Under the pieces are notes generated by a model. That model was not told the origin of the DNA. It was given only the letters and a program-made list of their open reading frames with translations, and made no database searches. A program made the translations under genes and the position numbers. From an uncultured Verrucomicrobiae bacterium (GTDB lineage: Bacteria > Verrucomicrobiota > Verrucomicrobiia > Chthoniobacterales > JAFAMB01): a stretch of DNA of 64,000 nt. Positions 19,952-30,561 of the stretch are shown in pieces. Numbering within the stretch: the stretch's first letter is position 1; each line of letters starts with the position of its first letter. The stretch spans positions 4,128,001 to 4,192,000 of the forward strand of contig CAWIPH010000002.1 in assembly GCA_963837955.1 (NCBI GenBank), written 5' to 3'.

Positions 19952-20851
19952 ATGGAAATGCACCAGATCCGGTACTTTCTCGCTGTGGGCGAATATTTGA
20001 ATTTTCGCCGAGCGGCTGAGGAGTGTCACGTATCAGCGCCGGCGCTCACCCGGGCAATCCAGAACCTGGAAGAGGAACTGGGCGGAAAACTTTTCCGACG
20101 AGAAAGAAATCTTACCCATCTTACCGATCTCGGGACTTTGATCCGCCCTCATCTGAAGCGGGTATTGTTCGAAGCGGCAGGCGCGAAAGTCACTGCCGAA
20201 CAATTTCTGAAGCTTGAGCATGCGCCGGTGAAACTCGGTGTCATGTGTACCATCGGACCCATCTATTTCATGGGATTCCTCTCCGATTTTCACGCGAAAC
20301 ATCCGGGAGTCGAGCTAACCCTGGTTGACGGAACCGCGGGAAGGCTGAACGAGCTGCTACGGAACGGTTGGCTGGACCTTGCTATACTCGCTCAGCCTGA
20401 ACCGTTTCCGGATACTTTCCAGGCTGTGCCTCTGTATCCTGAACGCTTCTGTGTTGCTTTCCCGGCCGGCCATGAGTTTCAAGCACGAGAGATGATCAGG
20501 ATGGAAGAGGCTGCTAAGAAACCTCAACTCTTACGGGTAAACTGTGAGTTCTATCCTCATATTTCGATGCAGTCCGAGGATCTGGGAATCGAAATTCCAG
20601 TCGTTTATCGCAGCGAGAAGGAAGACTGGATCCAGAGCATGGTAGCAGCCGGGTTCGGTGTCACCTTTGTGCCAGAGTTCTCTGTGGTGACGCCCGGCGT
20701 AATCAGCAGGCCTTTGATAAAGCCCGAAGTGATTCGCGAAATCTCGCTGGTCTCGATCGAAGGCCGCAGCTGGTCACCTGCAGTTGAGACCTTCACTCGG
20801 GCGGTACAAATGTATCCGTGGCACCATGCTCGCTTGCAAAAAGGCGCCTAG
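19952..20851 (+). CDS. LysR-family regulator, OxyR-like
   Basis: N-terminal HTH NFRRAAEECHVSAPALTRAIQNLEEELG; substrate-binding domain with Cys198. Confidence 0.88.
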   Translation: MEMHQIRYFLAVGEYLNFRRAAEECHVSAPALTRAIQNLEEELGGKLFRRERNLTHLTDLGTLIRPHLKRVLFEAAGAKVTAEQFLKLEHAPVKLGVMCTIGPIYFMGFLSDFHAKHPGVELTLVDGTAGRLNELLRNGWLDLAILAQPEPFPDTFQAVPLYPERFCVAFPAGHEFQAREMIRMEEAAKKPQLLRVNCEFYPHISMQSEDLGIEIPVVYRSEKEDWIQSMVAAGFGVTFVPEFSVVTPGVISRPLIKPEVIREISLVSIEGRSWSPAVETFTRAVQMYPWHHARLQKGA

Positions 20852-21173
20852 TGGCCTGCATTGATCTAATCTTGGCCTGCGGGACTAATTTTCTCAAACC
20901 CCGGCAGGGCGGTGGGACCTGATCGCGACCTCTGGTGTCGACGCGCATGCGCGTGCGCAGGACGCACCCTCCGCGTGATGGGGAAGATCGTAATCAATGC
21001 GGGCAACGAAACGTTAACCTAAAAGTACTGGAGCGTCTCATCCAAAGACGCGACTGTTTACCACGTCCGAGACAGTAAGCACGCGTCAGCGATGGCCGCA
21101 GCGAAATAATGAAAAGCCATGTTGCCGAGAACCTTCGACGAATTGAGCTTGCAGACAGAAGGAAAACAAAACG

Positions 21174-21698
21174 ATGAGAAAGAGCGATACAACTCAATCC
21201 GAAGGACAAGAAAGAAACGCGTTACAAACTCCAACCGATCTCAGCCACGATGGTGTTACCGAGATTTCGGCTGCCCTCCGCCAATTACTGGCAGATGCGT
21301 TCGCACTTTACGTGAAAACGAAGAATTTCCACTGGCACATGAGTGGGCGCCACTTTCGTGATTACCACCTGCTTTTGGACGAGCACGCCGAGCAAATTTT
21401 CGCTATGACCGACGACGTCGCAGAACGCGCACGCAAGATCGGCGGAACGACGCTCCACTCGATCAGCGACATCTCCCGGCATCAACGCCTCAAAGATAAC
21501 AACGCCGAGTTCGTCACACCGAAGGACATGCTGGCAGAACTTTCTGCTGATAACCAGCAGCTGACCCGATCCTTGCGCTCCACCCATGAGATCTGTGACC
21601 GGCACAATGACGTCGCTACTGCCAGCTTGATTGAGAACTGGATCGACGAGACTGAGCGTCGCACCTGGTTCTTATTCGAAACACTACAGGAACTCTAA
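21174..21698 (+). CDS. dps: DNA starvation/stationary phase protection protein Dps
   Basis: KTKNFHWHMSG, HLLLDE, DDVAER and ERRTWFL ferroxidase motifs. Confidence 0.93.
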   Translation: MRKSDTTQSEGQERNALQTPTDLSHDGVTEISAALRQLLADAFALYVKTKNFHWHMSGRHFRDYHLLLDEHAEQIFAMTDDVAERARKIGGTTLHSISDISRHQRLKDNNAEFVTPKDMLAELSADNQQLTRSLRSTHEICDRHNDVATASLIENWIDETERRTWFLFETLQEL

Positions 21699-21995
21699 GA
21701 GCCGGAGGCACTTACGTAATCATTCGAAGCCGCTCAGCCCCCGTCGGGTCTTCCCGGGCTCTGTCGGATCAAACCAGTTAGCGGCTTCGAACTATAGGCC
21801 GAGCCCCAACGAAAGAAGGTCTGTCATGGTCATCAACTGCGCCTCGAGCAGGGAAGGCGCAGACCGGTCCCTTCCAAAATCACACCCAAGGATGGGAAGG
21901 CCAAACCCAATTGGGCGTTGATGACAGGCGAAGCCCTTTTATGTCACGGGTGGAATTCCACCCTTGCTAGTTAGAAGCCAACACGAAAACAAAAC

Positions 21996-22817
21996 ATGAG
22001 TACAATCAAGACGACGGACGGCACGGAGATCTATTTCAACGACTGGGGAACCGGAGAACCAGTAGTCTTTAGCCACGGCTGGCCGCTGAGTGCGGACGCT
22101 TTTGAAGACCAGATGTTCTTCCTGGCGTCCCGCGGCTATCGCTGCATCGCCCATGACCGTCGTGGTCATGGCCGTTCGAGCCAACCCTGGAACGGCAACG
22201 ACCTGGACACCTACGCCGACGATCTCGCGACACTTGTCGAAACGCTCGACCTGAAGAACGCGATCCATGTCGGACACTCCACGGGTGGTGGCGAAGTGGC
22301 TCGTTACATCGGCCGGCACGGCACGAAACGTGTGGCCAAGGCGGTGTTGATTGGCGCGATACCGCCCTTGATGGTCAAGACCGCTGCCAATCCGGGCGGT
22401 ACACCAATTGAGGCATTCGATCAACTTCGTAATGCCGTTGTTGCTGACCGGTCGCAGTTCTGGAAAGACCTCAGCTTGCCGTTCTACGGCTACAACCGGC
22501 CGGGTGCAAAAGTCTCGGAAGGTGTACGCGAATCATTCTGGCTCCAAGGGATGATGGCCGGCTTCCCAGCATCTTACTTCTGCATCAAAGCGTTCTCGGA
22601 AACGGACCTTACGGAGGACCTCAAGAAGATCGACGTCCCGACCCTGATCATGCACGGCGACGACGACCAGATCGTGCCGTTTGCTGACTCCGCGATGCTC
22701 TCATCGAAGATCGTGAAGAATGCCACGCTCAAGGTCTACAAGGGCGCGCCCCACGGTATGTGCACGACGCTAAAACACGAGGTTAACGAGGACCTGCTGG
22801 CCTTTGTTAAGGCCTAA
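21996..22817 (+). CDS. cpo: Non-heme chloroperoxidase / perhydrolase (alpha/beta hydrolase)
   Basis: [31 protein letters not shown] and GAPHG. Confidence 0.9.
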   Translation: MSTIKTTDGTEIYFNDWGTGEPVVFSHGWPLSADAFEDQMFFLASRGYRCIAHDRRGHGRSSQPWNGNDLDTYADDLATLVETLDLKNAIHVGHSTGGGEVARYIGRHGTKRVAKAVLIGAIPPLMVKTAANPGGTPIEAFDQLRNAVVADRSQFWKDLSLPFYGYNRPGAKVSEGVRESFWLQGMMAGFPASYFCIKAFSETDLTEDLKKIDVPTLIMHGDDDQIVPFADSAMLSSKIVKNATLKVYKGAPHGMCTTLKHEVNEDLLAFVKA

Positions 22818-22977
22818 GGCACGGAGGGTTTGAATATCGCGGTGAACCAAGTTCACCCCGAGTCGAGCGTTCTGCTATTGGCGCGCCATGACCTGCAGGT
22901 GATTGAAGCAGGCGGACCCATCCAATGCGGGAGATGGGTCCGCCACTAGCAACTAAAATGTAACTCGCGTACTAACT

Positions 22978-23733
22978 ATGATTTCGTCATTTGCAGGAAA
23001 AGTCGTGTTGATCACTGGTGGAACGTCCGGAATCGGACGAGCGACAGCGGTCGCTTTTGCCGAACAAGGCGCTAACGTCGTTGTCGCCGGTCGGCGTGAA
23101 ACCGAGGGAGCGGAGTCGGTCGCACTCGTGGAAAAGGCCGGCGGTAAGGGCTTGTTTGTACGTACCGACGTGACCCTCGAAGCTGAGATCGCGGCGCTGG
23201 TCGCCCGTACCGTTGAGCATTTCGGGCGGCTGGATTTTGCCTTTAACAACGCCGGGATCGGCGGAGAAGGGGGCACCGGCATTGCCAACACCGGCGAGGT
23301 GTTCGACCGCATCATTACCATCAATGTGCGGGGCGTCTTTTTCGGCATGAAGCACCAAATCCCAGCTATTCTGCAGTCGGGCGGCGGGGCGGTCGTGAAC
23401 AATGCTTCGGTACTTGGTCTCAGGCCGAGCGCCGGCTCACCGATTTATAGCGCCAGCAAGTTCGCAGTGGTTGGTCTCACGAAATCGGTGGCGCTGGAGT
23501 TCGCGGCCAAAGGAGTGCGGGTGAACGCCGTTTGCCCGGCGATCATCGAAACGGATATGACCGAGCAAATCCGCGGGAACAAAGAGACCCGGAGCTACCT
23601 GCTCGAGCGGCATCCGATCGGCCGATTTGGCCAGCCGGAAGAAGTGGCCGCCGCTGTGCTTTACCTTTGCTCGCCGGGAGCGGCATTCATTACCGGCGTT
23701 GCATTGCCGTTGGACGGCGGTTTGGCCGCCTGA
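22978..23733 (+). CDS. Short-chain dehydrogenase/reductase
   Basis: TGGTSGIG, NNAG, YSASK and NAVCP. Confidence 0.92.
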   Translation: MISSFAGKVVLITGGTSGIGRATAVAFAEQGANVVVAGRRETEGAESVALVEKAGGKGLFVRTDVTLEAEIAALVARTVEHFGRLDFAFNNAGIGGEGGTGIANTGEVFDRIITINVRGVFFGMKHQIPAILQSGGGAVVNNASVLGLRPSAGSPIYSASKFAVVGLTKSVALEFAAKGVRVNAVCPAIIETDMTEQIRGNKETRSYLLERHPIGRFGQPEEVAAAVLYLCSPGAAFITGVALPLDGGLAA

Positions 23734-23920
23734 CAAGGTCTTCGCCACTTTTTTCCGCGAACTTGCCATGCTTCATCCAGCAGGAGGATCGCCGCGATGC
23801 CCAATGAAGAATCCAAACCCTCGGCGCTCGACAAACCCGTAGTCTCCGAAGCACCCGGCCCGGTGGATCCGCTACCCCTTAGGATAGATGCCGGCAAGAT
23901 CTGGCCGTGTATCTTCCGTT

Positions 23921-24397
23921 ATGAGCTCTGAAAATCCCCGACCTCCACTCCCACCCTTTGATCGGGGTGCAGCGATCAAAAAAGCGCGACTCGCAGAAGA
24001 CGCGTGGAACACGCGCGACCCGAAAAAAGTCGCATTGGCCTACACGGTCGACAGCGTGTGGCGCAATCGCTCAGAGTTTTTCTCCGGGCGCGAAGCGATT
24101 GTTCAGTTTCTTACGCGGAAGTGGGCAAAAGAGCTGGATTATCGACTGATCAAGGAGCTATGGGCCTTTCACGAAAATCGAATAGCAGTTCGATTTGCCT
24201 ACGAGTGGCACGATGATAGTGGAAATTGGTTTCGATCGTATGGAAACGAAAACTGGGAATTCGACCAAAACGGTTTTATGGCGCGGCGCCTAGCGAGCAT
24301 TAACGATCTACCGATTAGCGAGACTGATCGCAAATATTTCTGGCCTCTTGGTCGTCGTCCTGATGATCATCCAAGCCTCTCCGATGTCGGCTTGTGA
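23921..24397 (+). CDS. DUF1348 / SnoaL-NTF2-like protein
   Basis: [35 protein letters not shown] and [11 protein letters not shown]. Confidence 0.9.
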   Translation: MSSENPRPPLPPFDRGAAIKKARLAEDAWNTRDPKKVALAYTVDSVWRNRSEFFSGREAIVQFLTRKWAKELDYRLIKELWAFHENRIAVRFAYEWHDDSGNWFRSYGNENWEFDQNGFMARRLASINDLPISETDRKYFWPLGRRPDDHPSLSDVGL

Positions 24398-24600
24398 TGG
24401 TTATCGCCGGCATGTCGCCTCCCAACGCGCGTTATCGTAAACTAGATTGGAGAAACCAGCCGGAAGAAATTGCGGCTGCTGTGCGGCGCAGCGTGATAGA
24501 CACCGCGAGCGACGGTTCGAACAATGATTGCGGCACTTAGGACAAATGGTGGGTGACAGCAAAGCACCGGTGTCTACCTTTTCGGACTAACGAACTAATT

Positions 24601-25458
24601 ATGAGACCCGAGTTCCAATCACCTGCAGTTCAGCTTGGTCGTGCAACCCCGGAAGACTTGAAAAGTGTCCGTCCGATCAGACGTCATTTCGTCGACCTTT
24701 CCGTGCCTCTGGAAAATGAAGTGATTGCAGATCCACCGGGTGCCGGTCCGAAAATCGAGTATTTCCAACACGCCGAAACCGCGGAGACAATATGTCGATT
24801 CTTTCCCGGGCTGAAACCAGAGGATTTACCGGGGAGCGAGGGTTGGGCGATTGAGAAGATCGGTCTTTCGACCCATAACGGGACACATCTGGATGCACCT
24901 TGGCACTTCGCTTCGACCATGAATCGAGGTGAACGCGCTTGGACCATCGATCAGGTACCGCTGGAATGGTGTTTTCAACCAGGCGTGAAGCTTGATTTCC
25001 GCCATTTTCCGGATGGCTACGTGATTACGGCCCAAGACGTAGAAACGGAATTGAGGCGGATTGGTCACACGCTGAAACCGCTGGAGATCGTCCTAGTCAA
25101 TACTGCGGCGGGAGCACGGTACGGAAAGCCGGATTATATCAATGCCGGATGTGGAATGGGCCGTGAAGCTACTCTCTACCTCACGTCGAGGGGTATCAGG
25201 GTAACGGGTACGGACGGATGGTCATGGGATGCACCATTTCTCCATACGGCCAAGAACTATGCGGAGACAGGCAATTCGGCTTTAATCTGGGAAGGACACA
25301 AAGCTGGCCGGGAGATCGGCTACACCCACATTGAGAAACTACATAACCTGGAGTTATTGCCAGAGTCAGGATTCTTAGTGAGTTGCTTTCCAGTGAAAAT
25401 CAAAGCTGCTTCTGCAGGCTGGAGTCGAGTAGTTGCCATTTTCGAAGATTCGGTCTAA
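24601..25458 (+). CDS. Cyclase-family metal-dependent hydrolase (kynurenine formamidase-like)
   Basis: THNGTHLDAPWHF, GTDGWSWD, HIEKL and FPVKI. Confidence 0.88.
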   Translation: MRPEFQSPAVQLGRATPEDLKSVRPIRRHFVDLSVPLENEVIADPPGAGPKIEYFQHAETAETICRFFPGLKPEDLPGSEGWAIEKIGLSTHNGTHLDAPWHFASTMNRGERAWTIDQVPLEWCFQPGVKLDFRHFPDGYVITAQDVETELRRIGHTLKPLEIVLVNTAAGARYGKPDYINAGCGMGREATLYLTSRGIRVTGTDGWSWDAPFLHTAKNYAETGNSALIWEGHKAGREIGYTHIEKLHNLELLPESGFLVSCFPVKIKAASAGWSRVVAIFEDSV

Positions 25459-25836
25459 CCAAATTGAAAATGTTGTCTGGACTGCCGTCTTTGGCGGTCG
25501 AGAACTCGCTGCAGCAAAAAGGATTGTGCTGCTTAGGGTGCATCTCAATCGCGGGTAAGCTCTGGCGCCTTAGTGATTTACCGTGGACAGTTCCAGCCTG
25601 GCCAAGCAGTAGAAGCGAATTCGCCCGCGAGTTTAACTCTAGACTTGTCTGGCGGATCCAGATCTCATGGATCGAGTCCGGCTCAGGGAATAATATGACG
25701 CTCTCTTGTTCGTTGAAAGCCTTCCGCGCAATGAACACAACACATTTTTCTGTATTGTTGGGATTGGAGCGCAAAGGCAGCGGACCGGACGAGATATAGA
25801 GAAATCACCATCCCGCAAATCGTTTGCGGAATTGGT

Positions 25837-26631
25837 TCAGCGTTCGATCTTCAACGCCGCAGTCAATCGGGCAGCGCCGCTGCGTGAAGTCGTGATCTCG
25901 GTTCCGGGCCGGTCATGCAATCTGACGCGGTAAGCCCGGTCGCCGCAACGATTGACGCGCTCGACCGCGTGCAGGTTCACTACGGCATGCCGGCCAATCT
26001 GCGTGAACGGATCACCGCCGAGCCAGTGCATCAGCTCACCCAATGGATAATAGGTCGCAAACTCGTCGAGCACGGTATGTACCCAGGTGCGCCGTTCGCG
26101 TCGCAGTACTGCGACGACCTCATGACGGGCCAGTAGCCGGATCTGATCCCGATCTACCCCGGTGACCGGGAGCAGCTCGTTAGCCGTGTCAGCAAAACCC
26201 ATTTTGTTCGGCGGTAAGATTGCGCCGGTGCGAGTAGCGGCGCCCGGGAAAGAGTAGTACCGAAATCGCTGCAAGCATGTTACGAGACGACCTGCGGCCT
26301 CGGCGACCTTCACCGGATCCAGCGGCTTCAGCAGGTAATCAACCGCCTCGAGCCGGAAGGCATCAGTGGCGCGGTCTGTCGTTCTCGCCGTGAAGACCAA
26401 CCGTGGCGGTGGCGTAAGTTTCGTCAGTTCCGCCCCGAGAAAGCCGCCATCACTACCGGGAACATCAATGTCAAGGAAGACGGCGTCGGGACGCAATTCG
26501 GCGCAGAGACGCAGACCCTCGGCACCATCCGTGGCGGTAGCGACGACTTCCACCTGCCACGTGTCGTCCAGCATCGCCGCCAGGTGATGAGCGGCCAGGG
26601 GCTCGTCTTCGATAATTACGGCATGGATCAT
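25837..26631 (-). CDS. LytTR-family response regulator (orphan copy)
   Basis: Receiver IIEDE, FLDI and DYLLKP; C-terminal LytTR-like FTQIGRHAVVNL..SRS; paralog of 42664-43467. Confidence 0.88.
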   Translation of the reverse strand: MIHAVIIEDEPLAAHHLAAMLDDTWQVEVVATATDGAEGLRLCAELRPDAVFLDIDVPGSDGGFLGAELTKLTPPPRLVFTARTTDRATDAFRLEAVDYLLKPLDPVKVAEAAGRLVTCLQRFRYYSFPGAATRTGAILPPNKMGFADTANELLPVTGVDRDQIRLLARHEVVAVLRRERRTWVHTVLDEFATYYPLGELMHWLGGDPFTQIGRHAVVNLHAVERVNRCGDRAYRVRLHDRPGTEITTSRSGAARLTAALKIER

Positions 26632-26994
26632 TGCGAAACGCAACCATGGCTGCCGAAAAGCCGCTATTACACATTTGGGGGTAGGTTAAACGGAGAATGG
26701 GAAGACGCTCTCGATCTTTCCGGTGCCGAGTTGCTGGAGATCGACTAGATTTTAAGAGGTACAAATGAAAGAGAATCAGCTTTGTCGTAAGGGCCAGCGG
26801 GCAAGACGTAGTTTTAATACGGGAATATATAAATATTATAAATGTGCTTGCACTCCAGACCGGGTTTGAACCGAATTTGCGGTTGCTAAATGTCGGGAAA
26901 TCACTATAGAACGGGATTATATCGGTAGTATTGCTACTCGAGTGCGTAGCAAATCTGATCAAAACAAAAGCTCTTTTGGGTCCGCAGGGTTCCA

Positions 26995-27861
26995 ATGCAG
27001 ACGTCTCTTCGGTTACTAACGCACAGAAATCTGCAACGCCTGGTAGATGCGGTAAGTGTTCTGTATAAGCCAGTTCGCCCGCAACAGTTACCGGGACATT
27101 TCATCGAGGTCCTCAGCCGGGTGATTCCGGGCGAATTTCATGGTGTGAGCATCGTGTTTCGCCCTAAGCCCACCCACAATCAAACGCGCCGTAACGCCAC
27201 GATGTATCCTCTTCCCGCCCATTGGGAAAACCTTGCGGAAACGTTTGCCAGCCAATACCCAAAATTTCCAATACGATCGATTCGGGAATCCGGGAATCTT
27301 CATCAGCCATTGGCGCTCTCCGATATCGCTAGCCGCGAGAAAGTCGAGAGCCTTGATTTATACCACGACTACTACCGCATTCTCAGCGTCGCGGATGATT
27401 TAAGCGCGAACTTCGGAAATCTTTCTCACCGTGTTTGCCTGGCGGTCTTACGGGGGCGCCGCGGTTTTTCGGATCAGGATCGGGCGATCCTCTCCGCTTT
27501 GCTCCCACAAATGGAACGCGCTTATCGGTACGCGAGAGCACTTGATTCGTTGCGGATAAGGGCAAGGAAAGGCAAGGAAGCTGCCCTTGTTGCATCGGAC
27601 GCCGCCGAGTTTCTACCAGAACAAGGTGCTACTCCGCGATCCCTCTGTGTTCTAGGTCTGTCCGAGCGCGAAGCAGAGGTACTCTACTGGGTCGCCGCCG
27701 GCAAGAGCAGTCCTGTTATTAGCATGATTCTTGGGATCCGGCACGATACCGTGCGAGCCCATCTGAAAAGAATCTTCACGAAACTGGGCGTCGAAAATCG
27801 ACTGTCGGCGGCACTCCGTGCTCTGCAGATTTTACGTTCGCTGCCGCCCGTTCAGGACTGA
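26995..27861 (+). CDS. LuxR/CsgD-type HTH regulator with N-terminal sensor domain
   Basis: C-terminal GLSEREAEVLYWVAAGKS..TVRAHLKRIFTKLGVENR. Confidence 0.88.
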   Translation: MQTSLRLLTHRNLQRLVDAVSVLYKPVRPQQLPGHFIEVLSRVIPGEFHGVSIVFRPKPTHNQTRRNATMYPLPAHWENLAETFASQYPKFPIRSIRESGNLHQPLALSDIASREKVESLDLYHDYYRILSVADDLSANFGNLSHRVCLAVLRGRRGFSDQDRAILSALLPQMERAYRYARALDSLRIRARKGKEAALVASDAAEFLPEQGATPRSLCVLGLSEREAEVLYWVAAGKSSPVISMILGIRHDTVRAHLKRIFTKLGVENRLSAALRALQILRSLPPVQD

Positions 27862-28750
27862 ACCGAACAAGGCTCTACAAAAGATCGCAGAGCCAGATTT
27901 TTGAACAGGAGATCGCAGAGATCTCAGAGAAGGGTATTGCCTGGTCAAAGTAGGTCAAACAGCCGCGCCTTTTCAACCAACGCGAGCGGTAAAAAACTGA
28001 ATCCCCTCTCTGAGACCTTTGCGATCTCTTTGTTTAAAATTCTGTCTTCATGTCCTCTTGTTTGAACCCAAGGATGGGCGCGAACCGGCCGATCAAGCTC
28101 TACAAAAGGTCGCGGAAAGAGATTTTTGAACAGGAGGTCGCAGAGATCTCAAAGAAGGTTAGTACCTGGTCAAAAGGGCCGCGCCTTTTCAACAATGCAA
28201 GCGGTAAAAACCGAATCCCCTCTCTGTGACCTTTGCGATCTCTTTGTTTAAAATTCTGTCTTCGTGTCCTCTTGTTTGAACCCAGGACGGGTGTCGACCG
28301 GCCGATCAAGTTCTACAAAAGGTCGCAGAGCCAGATTTTTGAACAGGAGGTCGCAGAGATCTCAAAGAAGGTTAGTACTTGGTCAAACGTAAGATCAAAT
28401 CGCCGCGCCTTTTCAACAATGCGAGCGGTAAAAACCGAGTCCCCTCTCTGAGGCCTTTGCGATCTCTTTGTTTAAAATTCTGTCTTCGTGTCCTCTTGTT
28501 TGAACCCAGGATGGGTGTCGACCGGCCGATCAAGTTCTACAAAAGGTCGCAGAGCCAGATTTTTGAACAGGAGGTCGCAGAGATCTCAAAGAAGGTTAGT
28601 ACCTGGTCAAACGTAAGGTCAAATCGCCGCGCCTTTTCAACAATGCGAAGCGGTAAAAACCGAATCCCCTCTCTGTGACCTTTGTGATCTCTTTGTTCAA
28701 AATTCTGTCTTCGTGTCCTCTTGTTGAACCCAGGATGGGTGCCAACCGGG
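27859..28750 (+). repeat. Tandem array of four ~213-225 bp units, each with an internal imperfect inverted repeat
   Basis: Landmark CTACAAAAG at 27875, 28100, 28313 and 28537; internal arms in unit 1 at 27897-27934 and 28003-28040. Confidence 0.95.
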
Positions 28751-30046
28751 CGATACTAGAAAAACCCCAACTCCAAAGCCAAGCAGGCAAAGTGCTCCCA
28801 CATAATGCGCCGGCGCCAGAAGATCGAAGTGGAGCAGCCAAGATACGAGAATCGGAGTCAGGCCGCCGAAGATCGCGTATCCAAGATTGTAGGAAAAGGA
28901 GATTCCGGAAAATCTGATTTGCGGTGGAAACGCAGCAATCATAACGCAAGGAACCACCGCGACGGTTCCGATGGTGAAGCCGGCCAATCCATAAAGAGGC
29001 ATCACCAGCGAAGAATCTAGCATCACACCTGCGTATAGCAGGTAGGTTGCAATGCCGAACAGCGGACAGCCGACGAGTAGCACGCGGCCGGTTCCGAATC
29101 GGTCAGTCAGCCAACCCGCCAAAACACAGCCTGCCGTCAAGCAGATTGTCGCGAGACAGTTAGCCTGAAGCGTCGCGACACTCTGTACGTTGTACACCTT
29201 TTGGAGCAAAGCGGGAGTCATTAAGATAACCACCACAATGGCAGCGGACAGCATCCACGTCAGCAATCCGGAGAGAACGATCGCGGGACGATGATCGCGC
29301 ATCACAGCCCTGAGCGGCGTCTCGGCGGAAAGTGCGCGGCGTTTCCTCAACTCTTCAAAAACGGGCGTTTCGGTTAACAAGTAGCGAAGATACATCGACA
29401 TCAACCCGAAGGCGCCGCCCAGCAGAAAGGGAATCCTCCATCCATACGCCATAAGCTGTTCTGGCGGCATCAGCATGTTCAGACCGGTCGCCACCAACGA
29501 TCCGAGCAGAATTCCACCGGTGAGTCCGGCGGTCAAGACGCCGCAAGCTAGCCCGACTCGCGACGGAGGTACATGCTCGGCAACGAAGACCCAGGCGCCG
29601 GGAACTTCGCCACCAACGGCTGCTCCCTGCAGGATGCGCAAGAGCAACAATAAGACGGGAGCCCAAGCACCCAAGTGAGCGTAGGTCGGCAGCAACCCGA
29701 TGCCCAAAGTGGGCAACGCCATAAGGAACACACTGAGAGTGAACATCTTTTTGCGGCCGCGCAGATCCCCCGCATGCGCCATCACCACGCCACCCAACGG
29801 TCGCGCAAGATAGCCAGCAGCAAAAATTCCAAACGTCTGGAACTGCCGAACCCAGTCTGGAATCCCAGGAGGAAAAAACAGTTCACCGATCGTGTTCGCG
29901 AAGAAAACGAAGATAATGAAATCGTAGAATTCGAGGACGCCTCCCAGGGTAGCTAGCCAAAGCGTCTTATAATCTCGCGCGGTCAGACGAGAGAAAGCGG
30001 GAGCTGATAAAGAATGGGACACGGAGTAAGCTTGTTTTCTGGCCAC
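28697..30046 (-). CDS. MFS transporter, metabolite:H+ symporter (ProP/YhjE-like)
   Basis: LEFYDF, RPLGG, GDLRGRK, RILQGAAVGGE, GWRIPF and ETPVF; GTG start. Last codons come from the repeat. Confidence 0.92.
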   Translation of the reverse strand: MARKQAYSVSHSLSAPAFSRLTARDYKTLWLATLGGVLEFYDFIIFVFFANTIGELFFPPGIPDWVRQFQTFGIFAAGYLARPLGGVVMAHAGDLRGRKKMFTLSVFLMALPTLGIGLLPTYAHLGAWAPVLLLLLRILQGAAVGGEVPGAWVFVAEHVPPSRVGLACGVLTAGLTGGILLGSLVATGLNMLMPPEQLMAYGWRIPFLLGGAFGLMSMYLRYLLTETPVFEELRKRRALSAETPLRAVMRDHRPAIVLSGLLTWMLSAAIVVVILMTPALLQKVYNVQSVATLQANCLATICLTAGCVLAGWLTDRFGTGRVLLVGCPLFGIATYLLYAGVMLDSSLVMPLYGLAGFTIGTVAVVPCVMIAAFPPQIRFSGISFSYNLGYAIFGGLTPILVSWLLHFDLLAPAHYVGALCLLGFGVGVFLVSPGWHPSWVQQEDTKTEF

Positions 30047-30116
30047 CTAAATAACTAGACGAATCGAGTTGCTCGGACTGAACAAGGTTAGGCAGCTATT
30101 GGCTAGCATAATCGAG

Positions 30117-30550
30117 TCGGTGCCCATCCTGGGTTCAAACAAGAGGACACGAAGACAGAATTTTAAACAAAGAGATCGCAAAGGTCTCAAAGAGGGATTC
30201 GATTTTGGCAGCTCGTATTGTTGAAAAGGCGTGGCGATTTGACCTTATGTTTGACCAGGCACTAACTTTCTTTGAGATCTCTGCGACCTCCTGTTCAAAA
30301 TTCTCTCTCCGCGACCTTTTGTAGAACTTGATCGGCCGGTTGGTGCCATCCTGGGTTCAAACAAGAGGACACGAAGACAGGATTTTAAACAAAGAGATCG
30401 CAAAGGTCACAAAGAGGGGATTCAGTTTTTACCGCTCGCGTTGGTTGAAAAGGCGCGGCTGTTTGACCAGGCAATACCCTCTCTGAGATCTCTGCGATCT
30501 CCTGTTCAAAAATCTGACTCCGCGACCTTTTGTAGAACTTGATCAGTTCA
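30117..30550 (-). repeat. Two inverted copies of the same ~211-bp unit
   Basis: Reverse complement of the 27859-28750 units; CTTTTGTAG ends at 30324 and 30535. Confidence 0.95.
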
Positions 30551-30561
30551 TCGCCACAAGC

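Noticed and set aside
22911..22944. 12-bp perfect hairpin as an intrinsic terminator
   Set aside because: No U-tract on either side; at most an mRNA stability hairpin.
25400..25799. ORFs between the cyclase and LytTR genes
   Set aside because: They overlap real genes and have no recognisable motifs or start context.
27859..28750. CRISPR array or repeat-protein gene
   Set aside because: Units are ~220 bp and similar over their whole length, with no unique spacers and no cas genes. The ORFs across them change frame between copies.
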